From an uncultured Gammaproteobacteria bacterium (GTDB lineage: Bacteria; Patescibacteriota; Patescibacteriia; Patescibacteriales; UBA12465): a stretch of DNA of 64,000 nt. The notes beneath the pieces are model-generated. The model ran no database searches and was not told the DNA's origin. It worked only from the letters and a program-made list of their open reading frames with translations. Below, piece after piece: positions 38,790 to 48,313 of this stretch (positions are counted from its first letter, which is position 1; each line of letters begins with the position of its first letter). Both the position numbers and the translations under genes were made by a program. The DNA lies in assembly GCA_964587195.1 (NCBI GenBank), contig CAZPKN010000001.1:341-64340 (forward strand), in the 5' to 3' direction.

Positions 38790-40382
38790 TTAATTTTTAA
38801 AATAAATTAATGCCGTGCCGTCCTCATAAATTTTTTCCCAATCCGCAGCGCTATTTAAATAATCGCGCAAATAATTATTGACTTTTAAATCCTCGTCACT
38901 AATCCTAAAAAATATTTTTTCCCATTTCTTGATATTTAAAGGCTTATCTTTGGCCGGTAAAAGCGCGAGACGGATGTCATATTGGGCAAACTTAGCCGCC
39001 TTATCAACGTCTTTCTTAAAAAACTCTTTATATTCCTCGATAAAGGTTTTCCCGGCGAAAGGCGCTTGAGGCAAACGTCCGTCAATAAATAATTGCCTTT
39101 CCGGATAGACCCAAATCAAATAGCCGCCCCAATTATAATCATTAAATATTTTATAATCATCATACTCTCTATTGTCGTGTAAAAATTTAACAGCCTGACA
39201 AGGAAACTGGCCGCAAAAACCTATAAATGGCTGCTTCTGATAAGGAACAGAAATGGCTAGGCTAATAATAGACAAGCTTAAACAAAGAACCAGTAAGCCT
39301 CTAATTTTTATGTTTGAACCGGCTTTTTTAATCGCTTCCCAATTAAATAGATTAACCAAAATATGAATAAAAAACGGGAAAGTTGCTGCTAGCGCTAAGG
39401 GGAAGTTGCGCTCAGACTTAAAAGCGAGAATTAAAAAAAGGATAAACAAAGAGAATTGCCACCAATTTAACTTGATCTCTTTGCGCCTTACTACTTCATA
39501 TAGATATAGCAGCCAAGCCGCGCTCAAGAGTCCTAAATAAATTAGTTTTAGATATCCGATCGGAAAAGCGTAAAGCGGCAGCCATTCGGCAATTAAACCT
39601 AAATAAGCCGTATTTTTGTATTCACCTAAAAAAGCGTACAAGCTAGCTCCGTAAGGGTTAACAAGAGTTGCGCCTACGGCTAAAATTAAAAACCAAGAAG
39701 CGATTAGTAAATCTTTGCTTAATAATTTGCTCGACTCTAAATAACCGTTAATTTTTCTTATCCTGCTTAATAACTTTTGGGACAATTCAATTAATATCCA
39801 AAAAAATAAAATGCTCAGTCCAAATAAAAAACTGCCGTGTATATTAACCCAAACCAGAAAAAGCGGGATTAGCCAGACTAGTACTCGCTTGTCAGCCCGA
39901 CTACGAAAATCATTAATAATTATTAATTCTAAAAATAGAAAAAGCACACTAAGCTCTTGCATTCTAACCCCAAAATGCGGCAAACAGGCGTAGAGTCCGA
40001 GTAGTTGGAAAATTGCTATAGGTAAACTCGCCGCCGCTCCGACTAACCGGCGCGTATAGATATTAAGAAAAATAAGAAATACAACAATTACTAAAGCAAA
40101 TAAAATACTAAGGACTAAATAATTTAAATTAGTATAAATTTCAAAAGATAGCCAATCTATCAACCATTCATGATTAACCCAATCGCCAGAAAAAGTATAA
40201 TTATAAAAGTTCTCGCGAGACACTTCTCCGGTCAAGGAGATATGCTCACCGGCTTTTAGATGCCAGCCTAAATCTGGGTCTAGATAAGAATAAGAATTCT
40301 TAAATAAAATAACAAAAACCAATAAATAGAAGAAAAACCAAATAATCCTGGAAAATTTTATTTTTTTACCGAATATTAACAT
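38790..40382 (-). CDS. multi-pass GT-C-like membrane protein (probable glycosyltransferase)
   Basis: DPDLGWHL..G, WVNHEWL, WVNIHGSF, NPYG, FNDYNWGGYLIW...FIDGR. Confidence 0.75.
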   Translation of the reverse strand: MLIFGKKIKFSRIIWFFFYLLVFVILFKNSYSYLDPDLGWHLKAGEHISLTGEVSRENFYNYTFSGDWVNHEWLIDWLSFEIYTNLNYLVLSILFALVIVVFLIFLNIYTRRLVGAAASLPIAIFQLLGLYACLPHFGVRMQELSVLFLFLELIIINDFRSRADKRVLVWLIPLFLVWVNIHGSFLFGLSILFFWILIELSQKLLSRIRKINGYLESSKLLSKDLLIASWFLILAVGATLVNPYGASLYAFLGEYKNTAYLGLIAEWLPLYAFPIGYLKLIYLGLLSAAWLLYLYEVVRRKEIKLNWWQFSLFILFLILAFKSERNFPLALAATFPFFIHILVNLFNWEAIKKAGSNIKIRGLLVLCLSLSIISLAISVPYQKQPFIGFCGQFPCQAVKFLHDNREYDDYKIFNDYNWGGYLIWVYPERQLFIDGRLPQAPFAGKTFIEEYKEFFKKDVDKAAKFAQYDIRLALLPAKDKPLNIKKWEKIFFRISDEDLKVNNYLRDYLNSAADWEKIYEDGTALIYFKN

Positions 40383-40514
40383 AACTACTCCTAAAAACTA
40401 GTCTTATTATTATATTTTAACATGTTGTTTTTTATTTGTCTTGTTTTGAATTTTATGCTAAACTTATTAGTATAAAATGAATAAATCATTAATCTTAGAG
40501 AAGGGGGGTGAAAT

Positions 40515-40910
40515 ATGAAAAAAATATCAAAACACTTACTATCTTTAGCCATAGTTTCTTTATTGGTTTTACCAGTATTCGCCTTAAATGTTCACGCTCA
40601 AGATGACAACCCAATTACCAATGGCATAACAGCTGTCGAAAGTAAATTCAATGGCGTTTTAGGATCTACTAATACCGACCCCCGAGAAGTAATCGCTAGT
40701 ATTATCAATATTGCCCTAGGATTTCTTGGGATAATCGCGGTAGGAATCGTTTTAATCGGCGGTTTTAAATGGATGACGGCGGCTGGAAACGAAGATAAAG
40801 TCGAAGAAGCTAAGAAAATTCTTGGCGCTGGCGTTATCGGTTTAGTTATCGTTTTATCCGCTTGGGCTCTAGCATCATACGTCATTAACACTATCCAAAA
40901 CGAAATATAG
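40515..40910 (+). CDS. VirB2/TrbC-like pilin 1 (probable major pilin)
   Basis: Signal peptide; GGFKWMTAAGNEDKVEEAKK; strong SD aaggggggtga. Confidence 0.85.
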   Translation: MKKISKHLLSLAIVSLLVLPVFALNVHAQDDNPITNGITAVESKFNGVLGSTNTDPREVIASIINIALGFLGIIAVGIVLIGGFKWMTAAGNEDKVEEAKKILGAGVIGLVIVLSAWALASYVINTIQNEI

Positions 40911-41013
40911 CTCTACAAAATAAGTAGTCCTCATTATCTAATGGGGATTGCTATTTTGGGCTCTAAACAACTTTACTTATTTTGAGCCCAAAGTAGTGAT
41001 TAATCTTATTTTT

Positions 41014-41433
41014 ATGTTAAAAAAAATTGTTTTAACGGTTTTTTTAAGCTTCCTATTAGGCGGTCTTTTACTTGGTTTTTGTACAAATCCGGCTAGTGCT
41101 CAAGAAGAAAATTATGGCCTTAATGCTACCGCCGGCCAAATAGACGCTTTCAAAGAACAAGTAAATAATTCAACTCTTCCTGAAAATTTTATCCAAACTC
41201 GCGCCGGAGAAGTTATCGGCTTCGTACTCTCGCTGGTCGGTATTCTTTTTCTAGGCTTAATGATTTACGCTGGATTGCTCTGGATGACTGCTCAAGGCAA
41301 TGAACAAAAGGTAGAAAAAGCTAAAGACTTATTAATTAATGCGGTAGTCGGTTTAATTATTGTCTTCGCCGCTTACGCTATAACTGCCTTTGTCGGTGAG
41401 TTTGTTAGTAAAGAGTTATTAGCTTCTAAATAG
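41014..41433 (+). CDS. VirB2/TrbC-like pilin 2
   Basis: YAGLLWMTAQGNEQKVEKAK; ATG 41014 preferred. Confidence 0.83.
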   Translation: MLKKIVLTVFLSFLLGGLLLGFCTNPASAQEENYGLNATAGQIDAFKEQVNNSTLPENFIQTRAGEVIGFVLSLVGILFLGLMIYAGLLWMTAQGNEQKVEKAKDLLINAVVGLIIVFAAYAITAFVGEFVSKELLASK

Positions 41434-41450
41434 CAAAAACATTGACCTTC

Positions 41451-41876
41451 ATGTCTAGACTTTCTATTCATTATTCAAAACTAACTTATTTAAAAAAGGC
41501 TTTTTTAGTTGGTTTTTGCTTACTCGGATTATCTTTATTGAGCTTAACGGCGTCGGCCTATGAATTTAAAAGTGACAGCGGACTCTCAACTACTGGGAAA
41601 GCAGCGGGATATAACGAAGGCGCAACGCCTGATCCGGCCGTAATAGCCGGACAAGTTGTTCAGGCAGTTTTAAGTGTTTTAGGGATAGTTTTTCTCGCTT
41701 TTATGATTTACGCCGGGATAACTTGGATGACTGCTCAGGGCGATGACCAAAAATCCATGAAAGCCAAAAGAGTCATTGAAGGCGCTATAACCGGCCTTAT
41801 TATTGTTATCGCCGCTTACGCTATTTCCTACTTTATTATTGGTTATTTTGCCGCTACCGGGACAATAAAAAACTAG
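41451..41876 (+). CDS. VirB2/TrbC-like pilin 3
   Basis: YAGITWMTAQGDDQKSMKAK. Confidence 0.83.
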   Translation: MSRLSIHYSKLTYLKKAFLVGFCLLGLSLLSLTASAYEFKSDSGLSTTGKAAGYNEGATPDPAVIAGQVVQAVLSVLGIVFLAFMIYAGITWMTAQGDDQKSMKAKRVIEGAITGLIIVIAAYAISYFIIGYFAATGTIKN

Positions 41877-41883
41877 ATAATAT

Positions 41884-42267
41884 ATGAAGTCTTTATCAAA
41901 AAAAATAATTACCGCTTTATTTTTCATATTTGTTATGTCCGCTTCTTCGGCTCTAGCTCAAGGAGGCATAGAGTCAGCTTTTGATAACGCAAAAACAGTC
42001 GCCAGCAGCTCTGGTTATGTCGAGCAATCGGTTAATACCTTAGCTGGGGATATTATTCGCCTGGCCTTAACAATTCTCGGGACTTTATTTGTAGTTTTTA
42101 TAATTTATGCCGGATTTCTCTGGTTAACCGCTGCCGGCAACGAACAAAGAGTTGATAAGGCTAAAAAAATAATTTTTGAATCAACTATCGGCCTAATTAT
42201 CGTTATCGCCGCCTACGCTATAACTTACTTTATTGTTTCCGCCTTCAAAGGGCAGATTAACCTTTAA
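41884..42267 (+). CDS. VirB2/TrbC-like pilin 4
   Basis: YAGFLWLTAAGNEQRVDKAK. Confidence 0.83.
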   Translation: MKSLSKKIITALFFIFVMSASSALAQGGIESAFDNAKTVASSSGYVEQSVNTLAGDIIRLALTILGTLFVVFIIYAGFLWLTAAGNEQRVDKAKKIIFESTIGLIIVIAAYAITYFIVSAFKGQINL

Positions 42268-42272
42268 ATATT

Positions 42273-42665
42273 ATGAAAAAACATTTTAAAACTGTATCAT
42301 CCCTGCTAATAATGATAGTTATATTAGTTTTACCTTATTTTGTATTTGGACAGAGCGCTGGGACGGAAGACGGTATGCTAGGCAGATTAAATACCGTCGC
42401 TAAAACTGGCGGATATGTAACTGGTGGTGAGAGCGAGCTAGCTTATACAATTGGCTTAATCATTCAGGTTGTTCTCGGACTTTTAGGCGCCATCTTCATT
42501 ATTCTTATGGTTTATGCCGGCTATACCTGGATGACAGCCGCTGGAAACGAACCAAAAATAGACAAAGCTAAAGACATGATACAAACGGCGATTATCGGCT
42601 TAGTTATAGTTTTATCATCTTGGGCAATTTGGACATTTATTTTCACTAATTTCATTAGTAAATAA
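42273..42665 (+). CDS. VirB2/TrbC-like pilin 5
   Basis: YAGYTWMTAAGNEPKIDKAK. Confidence 0.83.
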   Translation: MKKHFKTVSSLLIMIVILVLPYFVFGQSAGTEDGMLGRLNTVAKTGGYVTGGESELAYTIGLIIQVVLGLLGAIFIILMVYAGYTWMTAAGNEPKIDKAKDMIQTAIIGLVIVLSSWAIWTFIFTNFISK

Positions 42666-42691
42666 AAGCCCATTTTTTAATACAGATATAT

Positions 42692-43123
42692 ATGAAAAAA
42701 ATTATTAGCTTCTTAATTCTTCTCGGACTAGCGATTGTGATTATTCCTAGTGCTTCGGCTCAACTTATAGATGAAAAAACGCTAGGATACATGAATGATA
42801 TTTCTGGGAGCGTCCAGGAAACCGCCGGTTTCGGAGATGCTTCGGTCGGCAGTATTATTGCCGCTATTATAAGAGCTATTCTCGGACTACTAGCCGCTAT
42901 TTTTATGGTTCTAATGATTCTATCGGGCTTTAGATGGATGACGGCGGCTGGTAATGAAAGTCAGGTAGAAAAAGCTCAGGAAACGATTAAAGCGGCTTTA
43001 ATCGGATTAATAGTTGTTCTAGCTGCCTACGCCATAACCTACTACGTGTTTACCTATCTTCCCTTCAGCGCTGGACAGGCCGGCAGCGAAACGGGCAGCG
43101 GGCTAATAACATCTGGCTCATAG
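42692..43123 (+). CDS. VirB2/TrbC-like pilin 6
   Basis: SGFRWMTAAGNESQVEKAQ. Confidence 0.83.
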   Translation: MKKIISFLILLGLAIVIIPSASAQLIDEKTLGYMNDISGSVQETAGFGDASVGSIIAAIIRAILGLLAAIFMVLMILSGFRWMTAAGNESQVEKAQETIKAALIGLIVVLAAYAITYYVFTYLPFSAGQAGSETGSGLITSGS

Positions 43124-43151
43124 GGGCCCACGAATAATTCAAATATAAATT

Positions 43152-43183
43152 TAAAAGGCGGTCTCAAAAGAGATCGCCTTTTT
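43152..43183. terminator. bidirectional terminator
   Basis: aaaaggcggtctc-aaaa-gagatcgcctttt. Confidence 0.8.
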
Positions 43184-43190
43184 TAACTTT

Positions 43191-43712
43191 TTATCTTCCC
43201 CTGTCCCAAACAGCGTACCAATGCATTTGTTCTCCAAATACATCAGTCAACTCTGAGGATACCCTTAGGATGCTTTCTCCTTCCTTGCGGCCCCTCACAT
43301 AAACGATGCAGAGATATTCTCCTGGCAACAGATACTTTGTAATTTGCTGCCCGGGAGCGACTATAGAAGAAATGGGGCGGGTTGATGTAACTTTGCCGGT
43401 TCTATCCAGTCGATAGACCTGAAACTGGACATTTTCCCAGCGAGAGAGATTGAGAAGCTTCCCCTCGTACCCCTTCACTGAGTCGGCCATTACCGGCTGG
43501 TTTTCCAGTCTTTTAAAATTTAACTCGGTATACTTGGCCTCGGTCGATTCAACCCTCTGCGTTCTCTGTGCGGCGACGTAATTAGTCACCCGGTGTCTCT
43601 GCAAATCAGTCAGCTTGCCACTAACTTCGGCATAGCTTGCTTTAGTTGAAGCACAAGAGCCCAAGACTCCGACAATAACCGCCAGGACCACAAAAATAAA
43701 ATACTTTTTCAT
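43191..43712 (-). CDS. hypothetical lipoprotein
   Basis: Lipobox LGSC; beta-rich C-terminus (LLPGEY). Confidence 0.75.
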   Translation of the reverse strand: MKKYFIFVVLAVIVGVLGSCASTKASYAEVSGKLTDLQRHRVTNYVAAQRTQRVESTEAKYTELNFKRLENQPVMADSVKGYEGKLLNLSRWENVQFQVYRLDRTGKVTSTRPISSIVAPGQQITKYLLPGEYLCIVYVRGRKEGESILRVSSELTDVFGEQMHWYAVWDRGR

Positions 43713-43789
43713 GATTATTCCCCGCCTTTACCCCGATTATTACTTAATTTATTAAGTTTTCATCGATCTCCGGCGAGGCTCCTTTTTAA

Positions 43790-43916
43790 AGTTAAACATA
43801 TAATAATTACCAGTTTGGCTAATATTAGTAAAACTAGTAATTATTACATGCCAACTTCTTTGTCAAAGATCAATTTGTTAATAAATAATTATATCACAAA
43901 TAAACTAAAAAGTCAA
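43790..43916 (-). promoter_or_regulatory. sigma70 promoter + boxA-like motif + long hairpin leader (copy 1)
   Basis: TTGACT-17-TATAAT, gatctttgacaa, ~65-nt hairpin; homologous to 58045-58177. Confidence 0.8.
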
Positions 43917-44047
43917 ATCTTTTCCCCAGCCTCGGATTGACATTTAATTCTCCCTATGCTATAGTATTCAGTCGAGAAAATCCCTGCTAGATATTATCGA
44001 TATGATAAGGTAGGGATTTTTTATTTGACGCCAACAGCCAAAAATTT

Positions 44048-44713
44048 ATGAAAAAATTAATGCAACTCATTCGCGAGGAGATAGTTCCTCTCAGTAGACG
44101 GCAAAATATAGTCTTATTAACTATTATTGCCTGTATTTTTCAATTTGTTCTTTTCTACGCCCCGGCTTTAGCTGATCAAGCTGTTCAAGAAGCGAGCGCT
44201 CAGGCCATAGAGGAAGAAATGATAGTTGGCGGCGGACTAACTAAAGAATCGGCTATGGATTCTGAAGCCGCTAAACTAAGACCGACGAACGGAATAAATA
44301 CTCCCGAGGCTATGGCAGCTGAAATAGAAATCACTCCGCTCATCGGGCCGGAAAATAAATCATTCGGGCCAGATGTTAAGCCAAGCGATCCTTACCGTGT
44401 CGTTCGAAGTAGTACGCATACTATGACGGCCTATAATTCCGAAGCTGCTCAAACTGATAGTACTCCTTGTATAACCGCTAATGGTTTCGATGTTTGCAAA
44501 CATGGGATTGAAGATACTGTGGCGGCTAATTTTCTACCGATGGGAACGAAGATTAGAATTCCTGATTTATTCGGCGACCGCGTCTTTACCGTTCGCGACC
44601 GCATGAACAAGCGTTATTCGGACAGAGTTGATATTTGGATGATACATAAAACTGATGCTTTAAAATTTGGAGTTAGAAAAGCACGGATTGAAGTTTTAGA
44701 AGAAATAAAATAA
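44048..44713 (+). CDS. 3D-domain (lytic transglycosylase-like) membrane-anchored protein
   Basis: MTAYNS..QTDSTPCITANG, AANFLPMGTKI, V.DRMN.RY..RVDIW. Confidence 0.87.
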   Translation: MKKLMQLIREEIVPLSRRQNIVLLTIIACIFQFVLFYAPALADQAVQEASAQAIEEEMIVGGGLTKESAMDSEAAKLRPTNGINTPEAMAAEIEITPLIGPENKSFGPDVKPSDPYRVVRSSTHTMTAYNSEAAQTDSTPCITANGFDVCKHGIEDTVAANFLPMGTKIRIPDLFGDRVFTVRDRMNKRYSDRVDIWMIHKTDALKFGVRKARIEVLEEIK

Positions 44714-44800
44714 GATAATTTTTAAGTTACATAAACAAAAACACCGTCAGCCTAGCGCTAACGGTGTTTTTGTTATCCGGAAATATACTAAACTCACGCT

Positions 44801-47212
44801 TTAAACAAATAGACCTAAAATACCGCGACTCCAGCGCAATTTCTTTTCCTTTTTAGAAATAGCCATAGTCGTGGAAATAACCGTATCAGGATTTAACGAT
44901 AAGCTATCAATTCCGGCTTCGACTAAAAACTCAGCGAAATCCGGGAAATCGCTCGGCCCCTGGCCACAAATCCCAACTTTACGTTTATTTTTTTTAGCAA
45001 CTTTAATTAAAGATTTAATTAGCTCTTTGACTGCTTCATTTTTTTCATTAGAGACACCTTCGACTTTTAAGCTTCCGCCTGAATCTCTGTCTATGCCTAA
45101 AGTCAGCTGAGTTAAATCATTAGAGCCAATCGAAAAACCATCAAAAATCTTACAGAATTTCTCCGCTAGAATTATGTTAGCCGGGATTTCTGCCATGACA
45201 TAGATTTCTAAACCCTTTTCGCCGCGCTTTAAACCATTTTGTGCCATAATTTCCTGAACCTTTGTTCCTTCTTCAATGGTTCGACAAAATGGAACCATAA
45301 CTTTTAAATTAGTTAGGCCCATTTTTTCCCTAACTTTTTTAATCGCTTTGCATTCTAATTTAAAAGCTGGTAAAAATTGCGACGAATAGTAGCGGGAAGC
45401 GCCGCGAAAACCAATCATGGGGTTAGATTCAATCGGCTCATATTCCTGTCCGCCAATTAAATTCGCGTATTCGTTAGTCTTGAAATCGCTTAAACGAACA
45501 ATGACATCTTTCGGATAAAAAGCGGCCGCGATTCTCGCCATTCCTTGCGCTAACCGGTCGACAAAATATTCTGATTTATCTTGATAAGTAAAGGTTAGCT
45601 CGTCAATGGCTTTTTTAACGGCGGAGTTTTTTATTTTTTTATAGTTAACTAAAGCCAACGGATGAATTTTAATGTAGTTATTAATAATAAATTCCAGTCT
45701 GGCTAAACCGACCCCGCTATTTGGAACCATGGAGTTAGAGAAGGCCAACTCCGGCTCACCAATATTCATCATTATTTTGGTTTTGGTTTTACCCAAATCT
45801 TTAATGTTATTTTTTTCAATTCGATAAGGCAAGATTCCTTCATAAACAAAACCGTCTTCTCCGGAAGCGCAATCAATGGTTATTTTCTGATTTTTCTTTA
45901 ATAGCGCTGACGCTTTTCCTGTCCCAACAACACACGGAATACCAAGCTCACGAGAAACAATCGCCGCATGGCAGGTTCGTCCGCCCTTATCGGTAACAAT
46001 GGCCGCCGCAATTTTCATAATCGGCTCCCAATCTGGGTCAGTCATATCCGTAACTAGCACCTGACCAGGCTTAAACGAACTAATTTCCTTAACATCCATA
46101 ATACGGTTAACCTGCCCAGCGCCAATCTTATTACCAACGCTCTGGCCCTGAATAATTAACTTTGATTTTTTCTCTAATTTATAAGTTTCTATCAGTTGCC
46201 AGTCTTTTTGACTTTGAACAGTTTCTGGTCTAGCCTGAGTAATAAACGACTCCCCAGTTCGACCATCAACAGCAAATTCAATATCCATGGGGCGCTTATA
46301 ATGTTCTTCAATAATCATTCCCCATTTAGCCAGCTCAATAACCTGCTTATCATTTAAAGATGGTTTATACTGCTCACTAACGGGAATTTTAACGTCTTTA
46401 ACAGGTTTTTTCCCTTTCTGATTATAGACCATTTTAATGTCCTTGCGGCCCAAAATTTTAGAAATTATTGCTCCGGTTGGCTTAAAAACATAGAATTCAT
46501 CGGGGGTAACTTTCCCCTGAACAATATTTTCCCCCAAACCGAAGATGGAGTTAATTAAAACAGCATTAGAAAATCCCGATTCAGTATCAATAGTAAACAT
46601 CACCCCGGAAGAACCTAAATCGGCGCGGACCATTTTCTGGACGCCGACTGACAGCGCGATGGAAAAGTGATCAAACTTCTTATCAACGCGATAAGAAATC
46701 GCTCGATTAGTGAATAAAGAAGCGATACATTTTTTAACGGCCAAGAGAATCGCTTTCTCGCCACTGACGTTTAAGAATGTTTCCTGCTGACCAGCGAAAG
46801 AAGCGTCAGGCAAGTCTTCAGCAGTTGCGCTAGAACGAACCGCAACGTCGACATTTTTCATTTTATATTTAGCCGATAATTTTTTGTAAGCCAACACTAC
46901 TTCTCGAGAAAAATCGGCCGGCATTTTTGAACTAATAATCAGCTTTCTAATGGCGGCGCCGCGCTTCATTAAATCATTAACATTTTTAGTGTCCAGCCCT
47001 TTTAAAATTTCTTTAATTTTCTTCTTTAAGCCGGTTGATTCAAGAAAATAATTATAGGCTTCGGCAGTCGTGGCAAAACCATCGGGGATCCTTAAGCCCT
47101 TCTTAGTTAAATTAACATACATTTCTCCTAAAGAAGCATTCTTTCCGCCGACTTGGGGGACGTCTTTAATGCCTAATTCTGAAAAAAACTTAATGAATTT
47201 TAATTGGGACAT
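44801..47212 (-). CDS. ppsA: phosphoenolpyruvate synthase
   Basis: VGGKNASLGEM, VRSSATAEDLPDASFAGQQET, GGRTCHAAIVSRE, FSIGSNDLTQ. Confidence 0.97.
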   Translation of the reverse strand: MSQLKFIKFFSELGIKDVPQVGGKNASLGEMYVNLTKKGLRIPDGFATTAEAYNYFLESTGLKKKIKEILKGLDTKNVNDLMKRGAAIRKLIISSKMPADFSREVVLAYKKLSAKYKMKNVDVAVRSSATAEDLPDASFAGQQETFLNVSGEKAILLAVKKCIASLFTNRAISYRVDKKFDHFSIALSVGVQKMVRADLGSSGVMFTIDTESGFSNAVLINSIFGLGENIVQGKVTPDEFYVFKPTGAIISKILGRKDIKMVYNQKGKKPVKDVKIPVSEQYKPSLNDKQVIELAKWGMIIEEHYKRPMDIEFAVDGRTGESFITQARPETVQSQKDWQLIETYKLEKKSKLIIQGQSVGNKIGAGQVNRIMDVKEISSFKPGQVLVTDMTDPDWEPIMKIAAAIVTDKGGRTCHAAIVSRELGIPCVVGTGKASALLKKNQKITIDCASGEDGFVYEGILPYRIEKNNIKDLGKTKTKIMMNIGEPELAFSNSMVPNSGVGLARLEFIINNYIKIHPLALVNYKKIKNSAVKKAIDELTFTYQDKSEYFVDRLAQGMARIAAAFYPKDVIVRLSDFKTNEYANLIGGQEYEPIESNPMIGFRGASRYYSSQFLPAFKLECKAIKKVREKMGLTNLKVMVPFCRTIEEGTKVQEIMAQNGLKRGEKGLEIYVMAEIPANIILAEKFCKIFDGFSIGSNDLTQLTLGIDRDSGGSLKVEGVSNEKNEAVKELIKSLIKVAKKNKRKVGICGQGPSDFPDFAEFLVEAGIDSLSLNPDTVISTTMAISKKEKKLRWSRGILGLFV

Positions 47213-47305
47213 AAAATAGTTAAAATTATAATTTTATGTTCTCATTATAACACAATCTTTACATTATTATAATAATCGTTTATGATATTGATGTTCGAAG
47301 AATAC

Positions 47306-47387
47306 GCGGACGTGGCGAAATTGGTAGACGCACTTGGCTTAGGACCAAGCGGGGCAACTCTTGAGAGTTCGAGTCTCTCCGTCCGCA
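47306..47387 (+). tRNA. tRNA-Leu(TAG)
   Basis: Acceptor gcggacg/cgtccgc, anticodon arm cttgg-ctTAGga-ccaag. Confidence 0.96.
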
Positions 47388-47494
47388 CCCATAAAAAGCG
47401 ATTGCTATTAAGTAACCGCTTTTTTGTAAAAACTTTCTTTCTTAACATTTCTCCGGACATTGCGGATGAGTTATAAAACTGCTAAAATTCAAGT

Positions 47495-48313
47495 ATGATT
47501 ACCTGGCTACATACCTTCTACCCACAAGCGATTATGTTAAATTTAGGGCCTATCACTATCTATTGGTATGGCCTCTTCATTGTTCTGGGAATAAGCGCCG
47601 CTTTATTGGTAACTCTAAAAATCGCCCGATATTACCAGCTAAACCGGGACATAGTTTTTGATATTTCTTTTTGGTTGATTATCAACGGCCTAATCGGCGC
47701 CCGTTTATACGAAGTTCTTTTAGAGTTCCCCTATTACCTTTCAAATCCTCTTAGTGTTTTCAAGGTTTGGGAAGGCGGACTAGCAATCCACGGCGCTATG
47801 CTGGCCGGGATATTAACCATTATTTATTTTGCTCGTAAAGAAAAAATTTCTTTCTGGACATTAAGCGCCTTGTTTGTTCCTGGTCTGGCGATTGGCCAAG
47901 CTATCGGCCGCTGGGGAAACTACTTTAACCAAGAACTATTCGGCAGGCCGACTAGACTTCCCTGGGGAATTCCGATTAACATTTTGAATCGCCCCGAAGC
48001 TTATAAGAGTTTTACATTCTTTCATCCAACTTTCTTATATGAAAGCCTAGGACTCATAATTATTTTTATCATCCTTTTAGCCTTAACCTTTATCTTGTTA
48101 AAAGATAAAAAAAATATTTCAAAAGAGCCGTTAATCATTACCTCAACTTATTTAATTCTGGCTTCCGTTTTGCGCTTTTCTTTAGAATACATAAAAGTTG
48201 ATCAGACTCCGCTATTTTTTTCCTGGCGCTGGCCGCAATTTTTTAGCTTGATTATTATTTTATCTGCCATCCTATCATTAATTTTTAATTTCCATGCCAA
48301 CAAAAAAAGATAA
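47495..48313 (+). CDS. lgt: prolipoprotein diacylglyceryl transferase
   Basis: IYWYG, GARLY, WEGGLAIHG, QAIGRWGNYFNQELFG, HPTFLYES. Confidence 0.96.
   Translation: MITWLHTFYPQAIMLNLGPITIYWYGLFIVLGISAALLVTLKIARYYQLNRDIVFDISFWLIINGLIGARLYEVLLEFPYYLSNPLSVFKVWEGGLAIHGAMLAGILTIIYFARKEKISFWTLSALFVPGLAIGQAIGRWGNYFNQELFGRPTRLPWGIPINILNRPEAYKSFTFFHPTFLYESLGLIIIFIILLALTFILLKDKKNISKEPLIITSTYLILASVLRFSLEYIKVDQTPLFFSWRWPQFFSLIIILSAILSLIFNFHANKKR

Noticed and set aside
43790-43860. Integron attC site interpretation of the duplicated hairpin
   Set aside because: The GTT/AAC boxes are in the reverse order to attC, it lies 5' of the genes behind a promoter, and there is no intI
47430-47475. Possible remnant antisense (tgcggatgag) after the tRNA-Leu(TAG) terminator
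   Set aside because: Short imperfect match with no duplicated 3' end; could be chance
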